Shown piece by piece: positions 1 through 9,841 of a stretch of DNA of 64,000 bases. The stretch is from assembly GCA_040905465.1 (NCBI GenBank), contig JBBDRK010000054.1, forward strand, positions 31,708 to 95,707. Reading direction: 5' to 3'. The notes under the pieces are model-generated. The model saw only the letters and a list, made by a program, of their open reading frames with translations. It had not been told where the DNA came from and ran no database searches. The translations under genes and the position numbers were made by a program. Each line of letters begins with the position of its first letter. Position 1 is the stretch's first letter. This DNA comes from Trueperaceae bacterium. Lineage in GTDB: Bacteria; Deinococcota; Deinococci; Deinococcales; Trueperaceae.

Positions 1-1
1 C

Positions 2-67
2 GGGTCGGTGGCGGCGTCGTTGTTGTACCACCACGTACTGAAGAGCCCCGCCGAAGCTGCCGAGTGA
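2..67 (+). CDS. 3' end of a gene truncated by the window edge (membrane-protein-like C-terminus, possibly MIP/aquaporin)
   Basis: Frame 2 reads GSVAASLLYHHVLKSPAEAAE* with TGA at 65-67; too short to assign a family. Confidence 0.35.
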   Translation, partial: GSVAASLLYHHVLKSPAEAAE

Positions 68-138
68 CTTAGGTCGCGCCCCGCTCTATTCTCCGTTGCG
101 CCCCCTGGTTAGTCTCGCAATGAAGGGGGCGCACCAAA

Positions 139-669
139 ATGATCGAACACCAGGTCCAGCACGACCAGTCGAGTAACCGACCGGTGACGGCGGGTTACTC
201 CGAGCAACCGGCACCGCTCGGTTCCTATGCCGGCTTCCTGGCGGCATTCGGGGCAGGCTTCCTCGGCTTCCTGGCGGCCAGCCGTAGGCTCGACCGGCCA
301 CTGCCCGAACGTTTCTCGACCCAGGACGTGCTTTTGCTCGGCGTGGCCACCCACAAGCTCACCCGCATCGTCACCAGAGATTGGGTGACGAGCCCGCTTC
401 GGGCCCCGTTTACCAGCTATGAAGGCTCGACTGGCGGCGGTGAGGTCAAGGAACGGCCACGTGGCCGGGGCTTCCAGCGCGCCACCGGCGAATTGCTCAC
501 CTGCCCGTGGTGCTTCGCGCCATGGACCGCCGCCGGACTCGGTTACGGGCTGGTATTGGCACCTCGGGGTACCCGCTTCGTAGCGACTTTGTTCGCTGCG
601 GTTGCATTATCGGACTATCTCCAACACGGTTACAACCGGGTGAAGCAGCTGTCCACCTCTGGGAAATAG
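139..669 (+). CDS. DUF1360 family membrane protein
   Basis: ATHKLTRIVTRDWVTSPLRAPF and GELLTCPWC motifs; hydrophobic segments; GAAGGGGG SD upstream. Confidence 0.75.
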   Translation: MIEHQVQHDQSSNRPVTAGYSEQPAPLGSYAGFLAAFGAGFLGFLAASRRLDRPLPERFSTQDVLLLGVATHKLTRIVTRDWVTSPLRAPFTSYEGSTGGGEVKERPRGRGFQRATGELLTCPWCFAPWTAAGLGYGLVLAPRGTRFVATLFAAVALSDYLQHGYNRVKQLSTSGK

Positions 670-847
670 TGTGCCGAAGGGGTACCGCCGGCTGAGTCAG
701 GTGTCACTCCGCACTCCTACCACATGCTTCTATCATGAACATAGTGTCATTCCTTACGGTGTCGAGCGTGGGCACAGCGGAATTGCATCACAGGGGCTCG
801 CGGGGACCGAGGAGGGTCTCGCAGCCCGGGCCCGGGGAGGAGTTGGG

Positions 848-1258
848 GTGGGGGAACCGTTCCTGCTGCTGATCGATGAGAATCCCGACGACGTCTACCT
901 GATGCTGCGGGAGTTGAGAAGGCTCGAGCCACATCTGCGGGTGCACGTCATAACCGATAGCGCGGTAGCGCTGTCTTACCTGCGGGAGACGAACGAACTG
1001 CCGGCAGCTCTGCTGCTGGGGCTGAAGTTCATAAGGCTCTCCGGTCTCGAGTTGCTCGCCGAGATCCGCTCGTTGGAGCAGACTCGGAACCTGCCGGTCG
1101 TGATGCTCACCGCCGGTCGCGAGGAGCGCGAACGGGTTTGTCGTGAGGTTACCGGATCGAAGCCGGTCGCCTGCTTGAACAAGCCGCTGGACCGCGGCCT
1201 GGTCGCGTCCACGCTCGACGCTCTCGGAATACGGGTCGTTCCCGCGTTGGCCGGCTGA
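848..1258 (+). CDS. Single-domain response regulator receiver (atypical: Gly at the phospho-acceptor position)
   Basis: LLIDENPDD, LSGLELL, VVMLT and KP receiver motifs; GGAGG precedes GTG 848. Confidence 0.7.
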   Translation: MGEPFLLLIDENPDDVYLMLRELRRLEPHLRVHVITDSAVALSYLRETNELPAALLLGLKFIRLSGLELLAEIRSLEQTRNLPVVMLTAGREERERVCREVTGSKPVACLNKPLDRGLVASTLDALGIRVVPALAG

Positions 1259-1353
1259 GGTTCTCGGCCCGCCGGCGCGGGCACGGGTACACGGTACTCG
1301 CCTACGGTCGTCTCGCTTTACCGAGGCTAGCCTGAGCCGATGGGGAGGCAGAG

Positions 1354-2376
1354 ATGACCCGGCCAGACAGCTATCGACTAGACAGCAACAGAACAGACGG
1401 CAACAGACCGGACAGCGACCTCCACGAGGCGGGACGAGTTCCCGCCGACATGGTGAGGCACCGCAGGTCCGGCGTCGCAAGCGCAATCCAGGAGGCCCCT
1501 CGCGTCGGCGAGAAGGTGCTCGATCGAAGCGGGGACTCTCTCATCGCCGCCGGCCGGGCGTTACACCAGATGGTGCTGCGCGGCGGAGAGCGGTCGCGCC
1601 GAACGGCTGATCTGCTGCACGGGACCTGGTTGGGTCACCCGCTGCATCCGGTACTCACCGACATCACCATCGGCGCCTGGACGTTCGGCGCCGTGTTCGA
1701 CGGGGTCGGGGCCGTGACAGGGGATCGCCGCACGCAGCAGTTCGGTGACCGGCTCACCGCCATCGGTACCGCTTCCGCCATTCCGACCGCCCTGGCCGGA
1801 ATTACCGACTACTCGACCGTTCCCAAACCCGCCGCCCGCACGGCGACAGTGCACGCCGTCCTCAACGGCACGTCGCTCGGTCTTTACGCCCTCTCGCTCT
1901 ATCAGCGGAGGAAGGGGCGTCGCGGGAGCGGCCTGGCGTTGTCCGCCGTCGCTCTCGGGGCGACCATGTTCTCGGCATGGCTGGGTGGTCACCTCGTGTA
2001 TCGCGACCGCGTCGGAGTCGACCACGGCGAGCGTTTCGACGGCCCTCGCCAGTGGACGGGCGTGCTGGAGGCGGGTGCACTCGAAGTCGGCGGGTCCAGA
2101 CGGGTGGAGGTCGATGGCAAGGCGGTAATGCTTTACCGAGACAGCCGGCGGGTCTACGCGATCGGCGCTGTGTGCAGCCATGCAGCGGGCCCGCTGGAGG
2201 AGGGTGAGGTTCGGGGATGCTTCGTTCAGTGCCCGTGGCACGACTCTGTCTTCGACATGCGTGACGGCTCGTTGAAGCACGGCCCGGCTACCGCTCCGCA
2301 AGCGGCATTCGAGACGCGGATCAGCGGCGGCCGGATCGAACTGAGGGTTGCCAACGAACCGGCCGGGACGCACTGA
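1354..2376 (+). CDS. DUF2231 membrane domain fused to a Rieske [2Fe-2S] domain
   Basis: LHGTWLGHPLHP and WLGGHLVY (DUF2231); CSH...CPWH Rieske motif; GGAGG SD. Confidence 0.85.
   Translation: MTRPDSYRLDSNRTDGNRPDSDLHEAGRVPADMVRHRRSGVASAIQEAPRVGEKVLDRSGDSLIAAGRALHQMVLRGGERSRRTADLLHGTWLGHPLHPVLTDITIGAWTFGAVFDGVGAVTGDRRTQQFGDRLTAIGTASAIPTALAGITDYSTVPKPAARTATVHAVLNGTSLGLYALSLYQRRKGRRGSGLALSAVALGATMFSAWLGGHLVYRDRVGVDHGERFDGPRQWTGVLEAGALEVGGSRRVEVDGKAVMLYRDSRRVYAIGAVCSHAAGPLEEGEVRGCFVQCPWHDSVFDMRDGSLKHGPATAPQAAFETRISGGRIELRVANEPAGTH
1360..1419 (+). repeat. Four degenerate 15-bp in-frame repeats
   Basis: cggccagacagctat/cgactagacagcaac/agaacagacggcaac/agaccggacagcgac, encoding RPDSY-RLDSN-RTDGN-RPDSD. 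Confidence 0.6.
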
Positions 2377-2408
2377 GAGGGTGCTCCGGCGTAGGCTGGG
2401 GGACAGGG

Positions 2409-2753
2409 TCATTCGGGCAGGTCCGCTTGCTCGTCGCTCGCTCGAACCTCGAGCCGAATCAGGCTCTCGCTCGGCCGGACCTCCTCGGTATTCGCGCCGC
2501 AACGCTCGACCGCGGTAATTTCCACCTCCAGGCTCACTTCGTCCCAACGCCGGGCCTCGGCCGTCTCGTCGCAGGCAGGTCCCTGGTAGGTAAGCGCCGC
2601 GCCGGGCCGGAAGAGCTCTCGCAGATCGTCGTAACCGAGGCTCCCCGTGTGAGGCCGCCACGCGCCACGACCACGCACTATTGCGCCGGATGCGTCTCGG
2701 ACCAGCGTCAGGCCACCCAAACCGTCGAGCAGCCCCAGTTTGCACTCCCCCAA
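2409..2753 (-). CDS. Hypothetical protein (frame stays open upstream to 2879; true start uncertain)
   Basis: Plausible globular composition; in-frame acidic pentapeptide extension upstream of TTG 2753. Confidence 0.5.
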   Translation of the reverse strand: MGECKLGLLDGLGGLTLVRDASGAIVRGRGAWRPHTGSLGYDDLRELFRPGAALTYQGPACDETAEARRWDEVSLEVEITAVERCGANTEEVRPSESLIRLEVRASDEQADLPE

Positions 2754-2778
2754 CCGCGGTGGGTAGCGTACTGCAGTG

Positions 2779-2868
2779 TCGGCGGTTTCCGTACCGTCGC
2801 TTTCGGCACCATAGATGTCGGCACCGTCGCTTTCGGCACCGTCGTTTACGACACTGTCGAGTTCGTGG
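2779..2868. repeat. About six degenerate 15-bp tandem repeats (consensus CCGTCGCTTTCGGCA)
   Basis: Exact copies at 2794-2808 and 2824-2838, with variants between and flanking. Confidence 0.8.
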
Positions 2869-3145
2869 CTCGTGATCGCTCACCCCTTCGCTTGCCGCCG
2901 TCAAACCCGGTCAGAACCGGCCTGACTGGCATAGCAGCACCGGCGTTGCGCCCCCGGCTGGAGATCAGCTTAGGGCGCCAACTTGTGTCAATGCGGAGAG
3001 GATGATGAGGGCCGACTGCATGCGTGCCTCGGTCCTCCCGGTAAGCCGCTTCCCGGCGGTATCCCTGCTTGCATCCGCCGTTCATGTTCGCTCATCGGCA
3101 CCGAGGCCGCGCTATTGGCCGAACGTCCTGAACGTCTACACCTGC

Positions 3146-3174
3146 TTGCGTCACCCCCTCGCGTGAGCTATAAT
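3146..3174 (+). promoter_or_regulatory. sigma70-type promoter of the rplU-rpmA-obgE operon
   Basis: TTGCGT-N17-TATAAT. Confidence 0.75.
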
Positions 3175-3359
3175 CTTCTTTCTGGCGGCAGCGCGCCGAC
3201 CGAGCCGGACTGCTCAGCTTGCAGTTCAATGGCCGATAGGAGCGCACGGCCAATGGCGCTCCACAAAGTACGGCGCATGATCCGAGCATGGGTGGACGGA
3301 GTGGGGCCAAGTTCGTGCGATTCAGAATGGACCGGCACGGTTCGTGGAGGTAGCAGAGC

Positions 3360-3665
3360 ATGTTCGCAATAATCAAGTCTGGCGGCAAGCAGTACCGCGT
3401 GAGCGAGGGCGAGGTCCTCAGGCTGGAAGGCCTGGCGGCCGAGCCGGGTGAAACAGTCGAACTGCCGGTTCTGATGACCGGTGGCGACAGCGTTCGCGTC
3501 GGTACGCCCTTGGTCGACGGAGCCGTGGTCAAGGCCGAAGTGCTCTCGCACGGTCGCGGTGCCAAGCTGCACATCTACAAGTTCAAGGCGAAGGCCAATT
3601 ACCGGCGCAAGACCGGCCACCGCCAGCCCTATACTGAAGTCCGGATAACCGGGCTCGAGGGCTAG
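3360..3665 (+). CDS. rplU: 50S ribosomal protein L21
   Basis: MFAIIKSGGKQYRV...GHRQPYT signature. Confidence 0.98.
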   Translation: MFAIIKSGGKQYRVSEGEVLRLEGLAAEPGETVELPVLMTGGDSVRVGTPLVDGAVVKAEVLSHGRGAKLHIYKFKAKANYRRKTGHRQPYTEVRITGLEG

Positions 3666-3692
3666 GCGCCGAGCGATAGCGAGGAGACCGCC

Positions 3693-3971
3693 ATGGCACA
3701 CAAAAAGGGCGTAGGTAGTTCAAAGAACGGGCGCGACAGTGAGTCCAAGCGTCTGGGCGTAAAACGTTTCGACGGGCAGGTCGTGACCGCCGGCAGCATC
3801 ATCGTGCGCCAACGCGGTACCCGCTTCCACCCGGGCAGAAACGTCGGGGTCGGCAAGGACTTCACGTTGTTCGCACTCCGCGACGGCGTTGTCAGTTTCC
3901 GTAATCACGGTGCCAAGGGGCGATTCGTGAACATCATAGGTACCGATTCGGAGGCGCTGGCCGCCGACTGA
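3693..3971 (+). CDS. rpmA: 50S ribosomal protein L27
   Basis: [16 protein letters not shown] signature. Confidence 0.98.
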   Translation: MAHKKGVGSSKNGRDSESKRLGVKRFDGQVVTAGSIIVRQRGTRFHPGRNVGVGKDFTLFALRDGVVSFRNHGAKGRFVNIIGTDSEALAAD

Positions 3972-4092
3972 GGTTTCAGCGTACGCGCGGGTTGCGCACA
4001 GCAGGGACACCCTGTTGCTGCCTCTCGCTACACATCGGGACACGTCAGGACACGCGGCTCTCCGGGGCCGCGTTCGTTCGTCGAGGAGCAAA

Positions 4093-5508
4093 GTGGCATT
4101 CAGGGATACGCTCGATATAGTTGTTCAGGGTGGAAAGGGCGGCGACGGTGGCCTCTCTTTCCTGCGCCTGAAATACATGCCCAAAGGCGGCCCGGACGGC
4201 GGTCACGGGGGCGACGGCGGGAGCGTGTACCTGGAAGCGGTCGAAGATGTCACGTCGCTCGACCGGCTGTTGGGGCGCAGCTCCTACAGGGCCGAGACGG
4301 GTATGCAGGGCGAGGGCAGGAACAAGGCCGGCACCAGCGGCAAAGACCTGACTCTGCCGGTGCCGGTTGGCACTACCGTGCTCGACCGCGACAGCGGAGA
4401 GACGGTGGCCGACCTAGTGGAGGTGGGGGAACGGGCGCTGGTCGCGCGGGGCGGCTTGGGCGGCCGCGGTAATGCGTCTTTCGCCTCGTCACGAAGGCAG
4501 GCGCCGCGCTTCCATGAGTATGGGACGCCCGGCGAGAGGCGGCGACTGCATCTGGAGTTGCGGACCATTGCCGATGCCGGGCTGGTCGGTTATCCCAACG
4601 CCGGTAAGTCGAGCCTGCTGGCTGCCCTGTCGAACGCCAGGCCGGCTATCGCCTCGTATCCGTTTACTACCCTCTCCCCGAACCTGGGAGTGGTCGAAAG
4701 CAAGTCTGACCGGCTCACTCTGGCAGACATACCGGGCATCATCGAAGATGCTCACAAGGGCAAGGGACTCGGTCTCGAGTTCCTGCGTCACATATCCCGA
4801 ACCAGACTTCTCGTTTTCGTCCTGGACATCGCCGAGGAGCCGCGCGAGCAACTGGAGGCGCTGCGGCACGAGATCCGGGAGTACGATCCGGTGTTGCTGG
4901 AGCTTCCCGCGCTCGTCGTGCTCAACAAGACGGATCTGGCCGAGTCGACCGAGATCGGCGAGATCGAGAAGCAGGTTGCGCAGTCCGGTATGCCGGTAGT
5001 GACCACGTCGGCCGAACGGAGCGACGGACTCGATACTCTGCGGGACGCCCTGTTCGCTCTGCTGCCCGAGCGACCCGTGATCGTTGCCAGAGACCAGAAG
5101 GTGTCTACCGTACGTGCCGAGCCGATCCAGGTTCAGCGGGACATGGCGGGCACCGGCTGGCGGGTGACCGGCGAGGAGCTAGAAAACGTGGTCGCCCGTT
5201 TCGACCCCGGCAACAGCGAAGCTGTCGCCTATCTGCAGCACCACTTCAAGTCGATGGGGGTCAACCGCCTGCTGGCCAGGGCCGGTGCCCAGGACGGCGA
5301 AGAGGTCCACATAGGCGGTGCGGTGTTCGAGTATTTCGACGAGGCGGCTGCGGACGAGACGCGTGCCTCGGAAGCACGTGCCGACAAGGCTCGTGGACGA
5401 GAGCATCGAGCCGAACAGAGCGGGAACAGTGTTACGGAGGTCGACGAAGCCGATGAGCCGGAGTCCTCGGGCGACGGTTACGGATCCGCCGGTGACGAAG
5501 ACGCCTAA
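4093..5508 (+). CDS. obgE: GTPase ObgE/CgtA with OCT domain and acidic C-terminal tail
   Basis: [21 protein letters not shown] and NKTD motifs; GAGGAG SD before GTG 4093; follows rpmA. Confidence 0.96.
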   Translation: MAFRDTLDIVVQGGKGGDGGLSFLRLKYMPKGGPDGGHGGDGGSVYLEAVEDVTSLDRLLGRSSYRAETGMQGEGRNKAGTSGKDLTLPVPVGTTVLDRDSGETVADLVEVGERALVARGGLGGRGNASFASSRRQAPRFHEYGTPGERRRLHLELRTIADAGLVGYPNAGKSSLLAALSNARPAIASYPFTTLSPNLGVVESKSDRLTLADIPGIIEDAHKGKGLGLEFLRHISRTRLLVFVLDIAEEPREQLEALRHEIREYDPVLLELPALVVLNKTDLAESTEIGEIEKQVAQSGMPVVTTSAERSDGLDTLRDALFALLPERPVIVARDQKVSTVRAEPIQVQRDMAGTGWRVTGEELENVVARFDPGNSEAVAYLQHHFKSMGVNRLLARAGAQDGEEVHIGGAVFEYFDEAAADETRASEARADKARGREHRAEQSGNSVTEVDEADEPESSGDGYGSAGDEDA

Positions 5509-5590
5509 CGGGATATCGGCAGGCGGTTGGGTAGCTGCCTAGCGGGCCTCCCCTGGCTACGAGGCTCAGTGCTATCGTTCTATCGGGTGC

Positions 5591-5646
5591 GCCCGGGTGA
5601 AGGCATCCAGGTGAAGGCGCCCGGGCGGAGGCGGCCCGGTGATACG
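5591..5646. repeat. Four degenerate 14-bp tandem repeats followed by a small hairpin
   Basis: gcccgggtgaaggc/atccaggtgaaggc/gcccgggcggaggc/ggcccggtgatacg. Confidence 0.65.
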
Positions 5647-5836
5647 GTTAGCCCGTATCGTGCCGTGAACGTGATTAGATAGTGGAGGGGCGTACCTCGA
5701 TACTGGGGTGTCGTGTCGCTATCTCGTGTTCGTCTCCACGGTCGATTGAGCGCGATCGCGGGATTGGGGACGATCGACCGGGCCAGACGCCGACCACCTC
5801 GTCGGAACGTTCGGCCGCTATCTCGATCAGCCAGTA

Positions 5837-6442
5837 GTGGGAGAGGATCACTTGCAGGAAGCCTTCTTCGCAGTCAGCACTCCATTCGATCGGTCCGGTG
5901 TGGCACACTTCCGGACGCGAGTAGAGCGGATGGTCACGCCAGCTCGCTTCCAACATATTCTCAGAGTGGCTGGCTTGGCCCAGTCGATTGCCGCCGGCAA
6001 CGGTTTCGACGATGGAGAAAGGCACTGCACGCTGTTGGGTGCAGTGCTTCACGACGCCGCGCGTGACCTGCCGGCCGAGGAACTGTTTCGGCTGGCGCCG
6101 CCTCGCAACGACCTCGAGAGTCGTCATCCGCTGGCCGTCCACGGCCGGGCAGGACGGGCTCTGGCAGAGCAGTGGGGCGTGCACGATCACAGGGTTCTGG
6201 GTGCGATAAGTGGCCATGTATTCGGTGTCGCGCCCGACGACCGAGTCGGCATGGCTGTGTATGTCGCCGATGTCTCCGAGCCGGGTCGTGGAGTCAACGA
6301 AGACATCCGAGAGATGGCCATCTGCGACCTGGCGGTTGCCTATCGACTGGCTGTCGAGACGAAGGTCCTCTACCTGCAGAGCAACGGCAAGGCCGTGCAT
6401 CCCGAGACGCTGAAGGTGTATGAAGAGATTCATAACGCCTGA
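5837..6442 (+). CDS. yqeK: YqeK family HD-domain Ap4A hydrolase (start uncertain)
   Basis: RFQHILRV, LHDAAR, HGRAG and VYVADVSEPGRG motifs; synteny with LCP-rsfS. Confidence 0.85.
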   Translation: MGEDHLQEAFFAVSTPFDRSGVAHFRTRVERMVTPARFQHILRVAGLAQSIAAGNGFDDGERHCTLLGAVLHDAARDLPAEELFRLAPPRNDLESRHPLAVHGRAGRALAEQWGVHDHRVLGAISGHVFGVAPDDRVGMAVYVADVSEPGRGVNEDIREMAICDLAVAYRLAVETKVLYLQSNGKAVHPETLKVYEEIHNA

Positions 6443-7724
6443 CAACTCGCGATGGGCGCAACTCGCGGGCCTTGTGCTCGCTATCATCGGCCTGTGCGGG
6501 TTCTGGCTTACGCGTGACGTAGAGCGCGTGACGCTGACGCCCGAGCAGCAGGCGCTGGTCAACCCGGCGGGTGAAGACTTCCATGCCAGTTTCGTAGTGG
6601 CCGGTCGTGACTACGATATCGACAGCTACGCCAGTCCGTGTGAGTGGGACGGCGATACATGCGTGCGGGAACATGCCGGGACGTTCCGTCTCGGCGGCAG
6701 AACCGACACCATCCTCTATGTGAACATCGCCGGCGACGATCTCAGCCTGATCGCGATCCCTCGCGACGTCTGGCTTCCGCAGTGGAAGGCGCGCATCAAC
6801 TCCATGTACGGCTACCAGCGGGCGGAAGGGCTCAAGCGCAGCGTCGAGGAGATCGTCGGCGTGCCCATCGATTACTACGCGATCATCAATATCGATATCT
6901 TCGAGGACCTGGTCGACGCCGTCGGTGGTGTCGAGGTCAACATCCCCTACGACATGTATTACCGCGACAATGCGGCGGGGTTGGTGATCGATTTCGATGA
7001 AGGGCCGACGCACCTCAGTGGCTCCGATGCCGCCAAGTTCGTTCGTTACCGCAACACCCGCCGTGCCGACTACGACAGGATCGATAACGTGAAGCGCCTG
7101 GCGTACGCCCTGCTGGCCCGCGTGAAGGAGCTGAACGTTCGAGCTGTGGGTACCGTGCCGGCGCTGGTGGACAGCTTCTTCAAGGATGTCGAGACCAACG
7201 CCAGTCCGGCGTTGGTCCGCCAGATACTACCGCGGCTCGCCCGGCTAAGGATCGCCCGCACGGCAACGCTGCCTACCGAGGAGATCGTTCTCGAGGACGG
7301 AAGTCAGGTTCTGGAATACCGGCCCGAAGCGGTCGAGCAGTTCCTGGCCTCTACGCTGGGTGGCACTCCACGCGCCTTGGTGGAGCCGCCGGCGGCGACC
7401 CTGCTGATCACCAATCGCAGTGGCGAGGAGGGGCTGGAGACGTGGTACAGGGAGAGGCTGATCACGCTCGGAGTTCCGGAGGAGCGCGTGATCACGCGAA
7501 GCGCTTCGACCGACCCCGGGCCGTCGCGGCTGCTCGCCACCGGACGCCACTGGCGCGACGCCGACTTCTATTCCGCGCTCCTGAGCGCCGGCAAGGTGCA
7601 GATGGACAGCCTGCCGATAGTAGGCAGGCAGCAGGCCGACCTCGAGTTCGTTCTGGGGCACGACGCCGCCGCGATTCCGGGTCGCAACGGTGCAGCCGCA
7701 CTGGCTGAGACGCAAAGGGAGTAG
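6420..7724 (+). CDS. LytR-CpsA-Psr (LCP) family phosphotransferase
   Basis: N-terminal TM; RTDTI, IPRD, RINS and VRYR...DYDR motifs. Confidence 0.9.
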   Translation: MKRFITPDNSRWAQLAGLVLAIIGLCGFWLTRDVERVTLTPEQQALVNPAGEDFHASFVVAGRDYDIDSYASPCEWDGDTCVREHAGTFRLGGRTDTILYVNIAGDDLSLIAIPRDVWLPQWKARINSMYGYQRAEGLKRSVEEIVGVPIDYYAIINIDIFEDLVDAVGGVEVNIPYDMYYRDNAAGLVIDFDEGPTHLSGSDAAKFVRYRNTRRADYDRIDNVKRLAYALLARVKELNVRAVGTVPALVDSFFKDVETNASPALVRQILPRLARLRIARTATLPTEEIVLEDGSQVLEYRPEAVEQFLASTLGGTPRALVEPPAATLLITNRSGEEGLETWYRERLITLGVPEERVITRSASTDPGPSRLLATGRHWRDADFYSALLSAGKVQMDSLPIVGRQQADLEFVLGHDAAAIPGRNGAAALAETQRE

Positions 7725-7726
7725 AT

Positions 7727-8083
7727 TTGAAAGACAGCACGGCCGTTCCTGAAGAAGTCCAACTCATAGTCGATGCTCTCGACGACCGGCTTGCCAAGGA
7801 CATCGTGGTGATGGACCTGCGCGAGGTTTCGGAGACGCTCGACTACTTCATTCTCGCTACCGGTGAGTCGGTTCCGCAGTTGAAGGCCTTGGAAGACAGC
7901 GTGCGGGGCAAGCTCAAGGACAACGGCGTGCGCCCGCGTGGCGTCGAGGGACCGTCCAACCGGTGGATACTGCTCGACTATGGCCATGTGGTCGCCCATA
8001 TCATGAGTCCTGATGCACGCGACTTCTACGACCTAGAGGGCCTCTGGGCCGACGCGCAGCGGCTAGAGGTCGTCGCCCGCTGA
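7727..8083 (+). CDS. rsfS: Ribosome silencing factor RsfS (Iojap)
   Basis: DYFILATG, WILLDYG and FYDLEGLW motifs. Confidence 0.93.
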   Translation: MKDSTAVPEEVQLIVDALDDRLAKDIVVMDLREVSETLDYFILATGESVPQLKALEDSVRGKLKDNGVRPRGVEGPSNRWILLDYGHVVAHIMSPDARDFYDLEGLWADAQRLEVVAR

Positions 8084-8086
8084 ACC

Positions 8087-8425
8087 TTGCGCCACTGGGC
8101 CGAGGAACTCGCGCGAGATCATCTCGCGGCGCTCGGTTACACGGTCCTCGAGGAAAACTACGTGGTTCGTGGAGGCGAGATCGACCTGGTGATGCTGCAC
8201 GACCGCACCCTGGTATTCGTGGAGGTTCGGCAGCGCAACCGCGCCGATTACGGTTCGGCCGGCGAGTCGCTCGCTCCACGCAAGCTTGCGCTCGTGCGGC
8301 GGGCCGCCCGCATGTACCTGGCGAAGCGGTTCGGACGTGATGACCTGCCGGTGCGAATCGACGCCGTACTGGTGCACGGCAGCAAGAGTCGCAATCGCAT
8401 CGAGCACCTGACGGGAATTGGCTGA
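8087..8425 (+). CDS. YraN/UPF0102 putative endonuclease
   Basis: GEIDLV...LVFVEVR...RID motif. Confidence 0.88.
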   Translation: MRHWAEELARDHLAALGYTVLEENYVVRGGEIDLVMLHDRTLVFVEVRQRNRADYGSAGESLAPRKLALVRRAARMYLAKRFGRDDLPVRIDAVLVHGSKSRNRIEHLTGIG

Positions 8426-8428
8426 ACG

Positions 8429-9118
8429 GTGCCGGGCACAGGCGCGCGCCTTCTACGCCAAACGATAGGTGCGTCACTCATTTTCTGTGCCGCCGTGATC
8501 TCGTACGCACAGTTCTCGTACGTTCACGCTCAAAGAGCCGGCGGGCTGGAGGGAGTCCGGGTGAGCGAACTGCGTGCCGTCCGCAACTCGTACCTAGATT
8601 ACTGGGGGGAATTGGAAGCGAGCGGGGTGGTCGGGCTCGAGCGTTTCGCCCGGACCGTGCAGCGGGTGGTCGACACCCGTGCCGCCGGCGTTTCCGCCTC
8701 CTCCGAGACCGCCGTCCGCCTGATTCTCGACGACCTGGTGGACCTGTTCGTCGATCAGGATTTCCGGCTGGAGAAGGCCGTGGTGATGTCCACCCCCTCG
8801 GTGCTGGCTGGTGACGCGCTGCGAGAAGGTCGGGACGACCTGAACGGTTTCGCTCACCGGTTCCGGGCCGGCGAGGGGAGGTTCCGTCACTTCGCGCTCA
8901 ATGCCGCCGCCGCCTACACTGCGCCGAACGCCCTGGTGGACCTCGCCGCGCGCCTGCGCGGCGGCGACCTGCGGTCGACGTCGCCGGACAGCAAGGCGGA
9001 TACGGCGACCAACCTGGTGGGCAGGGCTTTCGCCGAGCTCCTGCGAGAGAGGCCACTGGCAGAGATAGCGGACGGCCAGGCGGTGCAGTCGTGGCTGCTC
9101 GACCGGTTCGGCGAGTAG
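8429..9118 (+). CDS. Hypothetical protein with N-terminal signal/anchor
   Basis: Co-oriented, tightly packed ORF; hydrophobic N-terminus; no recognised family. Confidence 0.6.
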   Translation: MPGTGARLLRQTIGASLIFCAAVISYAQFSYVHAQRAGGLEGVRVSELRAVRNSYLDYWGELEASGVVGLERFARTVQRVVDTRAAGVSASSETAVRLILDDLVDLFVDQDFRLEKAVVMSTPSVLAGDALREGRDDLNGFAHRFRAGEGRFRHFALNAAAAYTAPNALVDLAARLRGGDLRSTSPDSKADTATNLVGRAFAELLRERPLAEIADGQAVQSWLLDRFGE

Positions 9119-9129
9119 GGCGACCTATA

Positions 9130-9762
9130 ATGAGTACCGTGCTCGTGAAGATATGTGGCATCACCAGCCCTCGCGACGCCGAGGCGGCCGAACGGGCCGG
9201 AGCCGACGCGATCGGGCTCATGTTCGTGTCGGAATCTGCGCGCTACATCGACACCGACCGTGCCCGGGAGATCGCGGGCGCGGTCGGCCCGTCGGTCAGG
9301 ACCGTGGGAGTCTTCCGCAACGCCCCACTCGAGCGCGTGCTCGACGCTGCCGCCGAACTCCGGTTGGATGCTGTCCAACTGCACGGTGACGAGGATGACG
9401 CCTACCTGGCGCGGGTTCGCGCGAGCCTCCCGGTGATCCGCGCGCTGTCGTTTCATCCAGGCCTCGGCCGGACTCGGGTCGAGGCGATCGAGGCCGACGC
9501 GGTGTTGCTGGACGGCTTGGTACCGGGCAGCGGCGAGTCCTTCGACTGGAGGCTGGCGAGCGAGCTGCGCGGGTTCTCCCGCCTGGTCCTGGCGGGCGGC
9601 CTGCACCCGGGAAACGTGGCGGCAGGCATCGAGGCCCTGGATCCGTACGGTGTCGACGTGAGTTCCGGGGTGGAGTCGAGTCAGGGGGTGAAGGACCACG
9701 ATCTCCTGCGGAAGTTCGTTCAGGCGGCGCGCCCAGGCTCGCGCAAGTCGACGAGCCGATGA
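9130..9762 (+). CDS. trpF: Phosphoribosylanthranilate isomerase
   Basis: VKICGIT, VQLHG, LAGGL and DVSSGVE motifs. Confidence 0.95.
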   Translation: MSTVLVKICGITSPRDAEAAERAGADAIGLMFVSESARYIDTDRAREIAGAVGPSVRTVGVFRNAPLERVLDAAAELRLDAVQLHGDEDDAYLARVRASLPVIRALSFHPGLGRTRVEAIEADAVLLDGLVPGSGESFDWRLASELRGFSRLVLAGGLHPGNVAAGIEALDPYGVDVSSGVESSQGVKDHDLLRKFVQAARPGSRKSTSR

Positions 9763-9841
9763 GCGCTTCCACTGTTGCCAAGTTCGGGAGCGGAAGCGGG
9801 GCCTGCCCGCGTAACACGCGTGCCCGAGAAGGATCTCTCAC

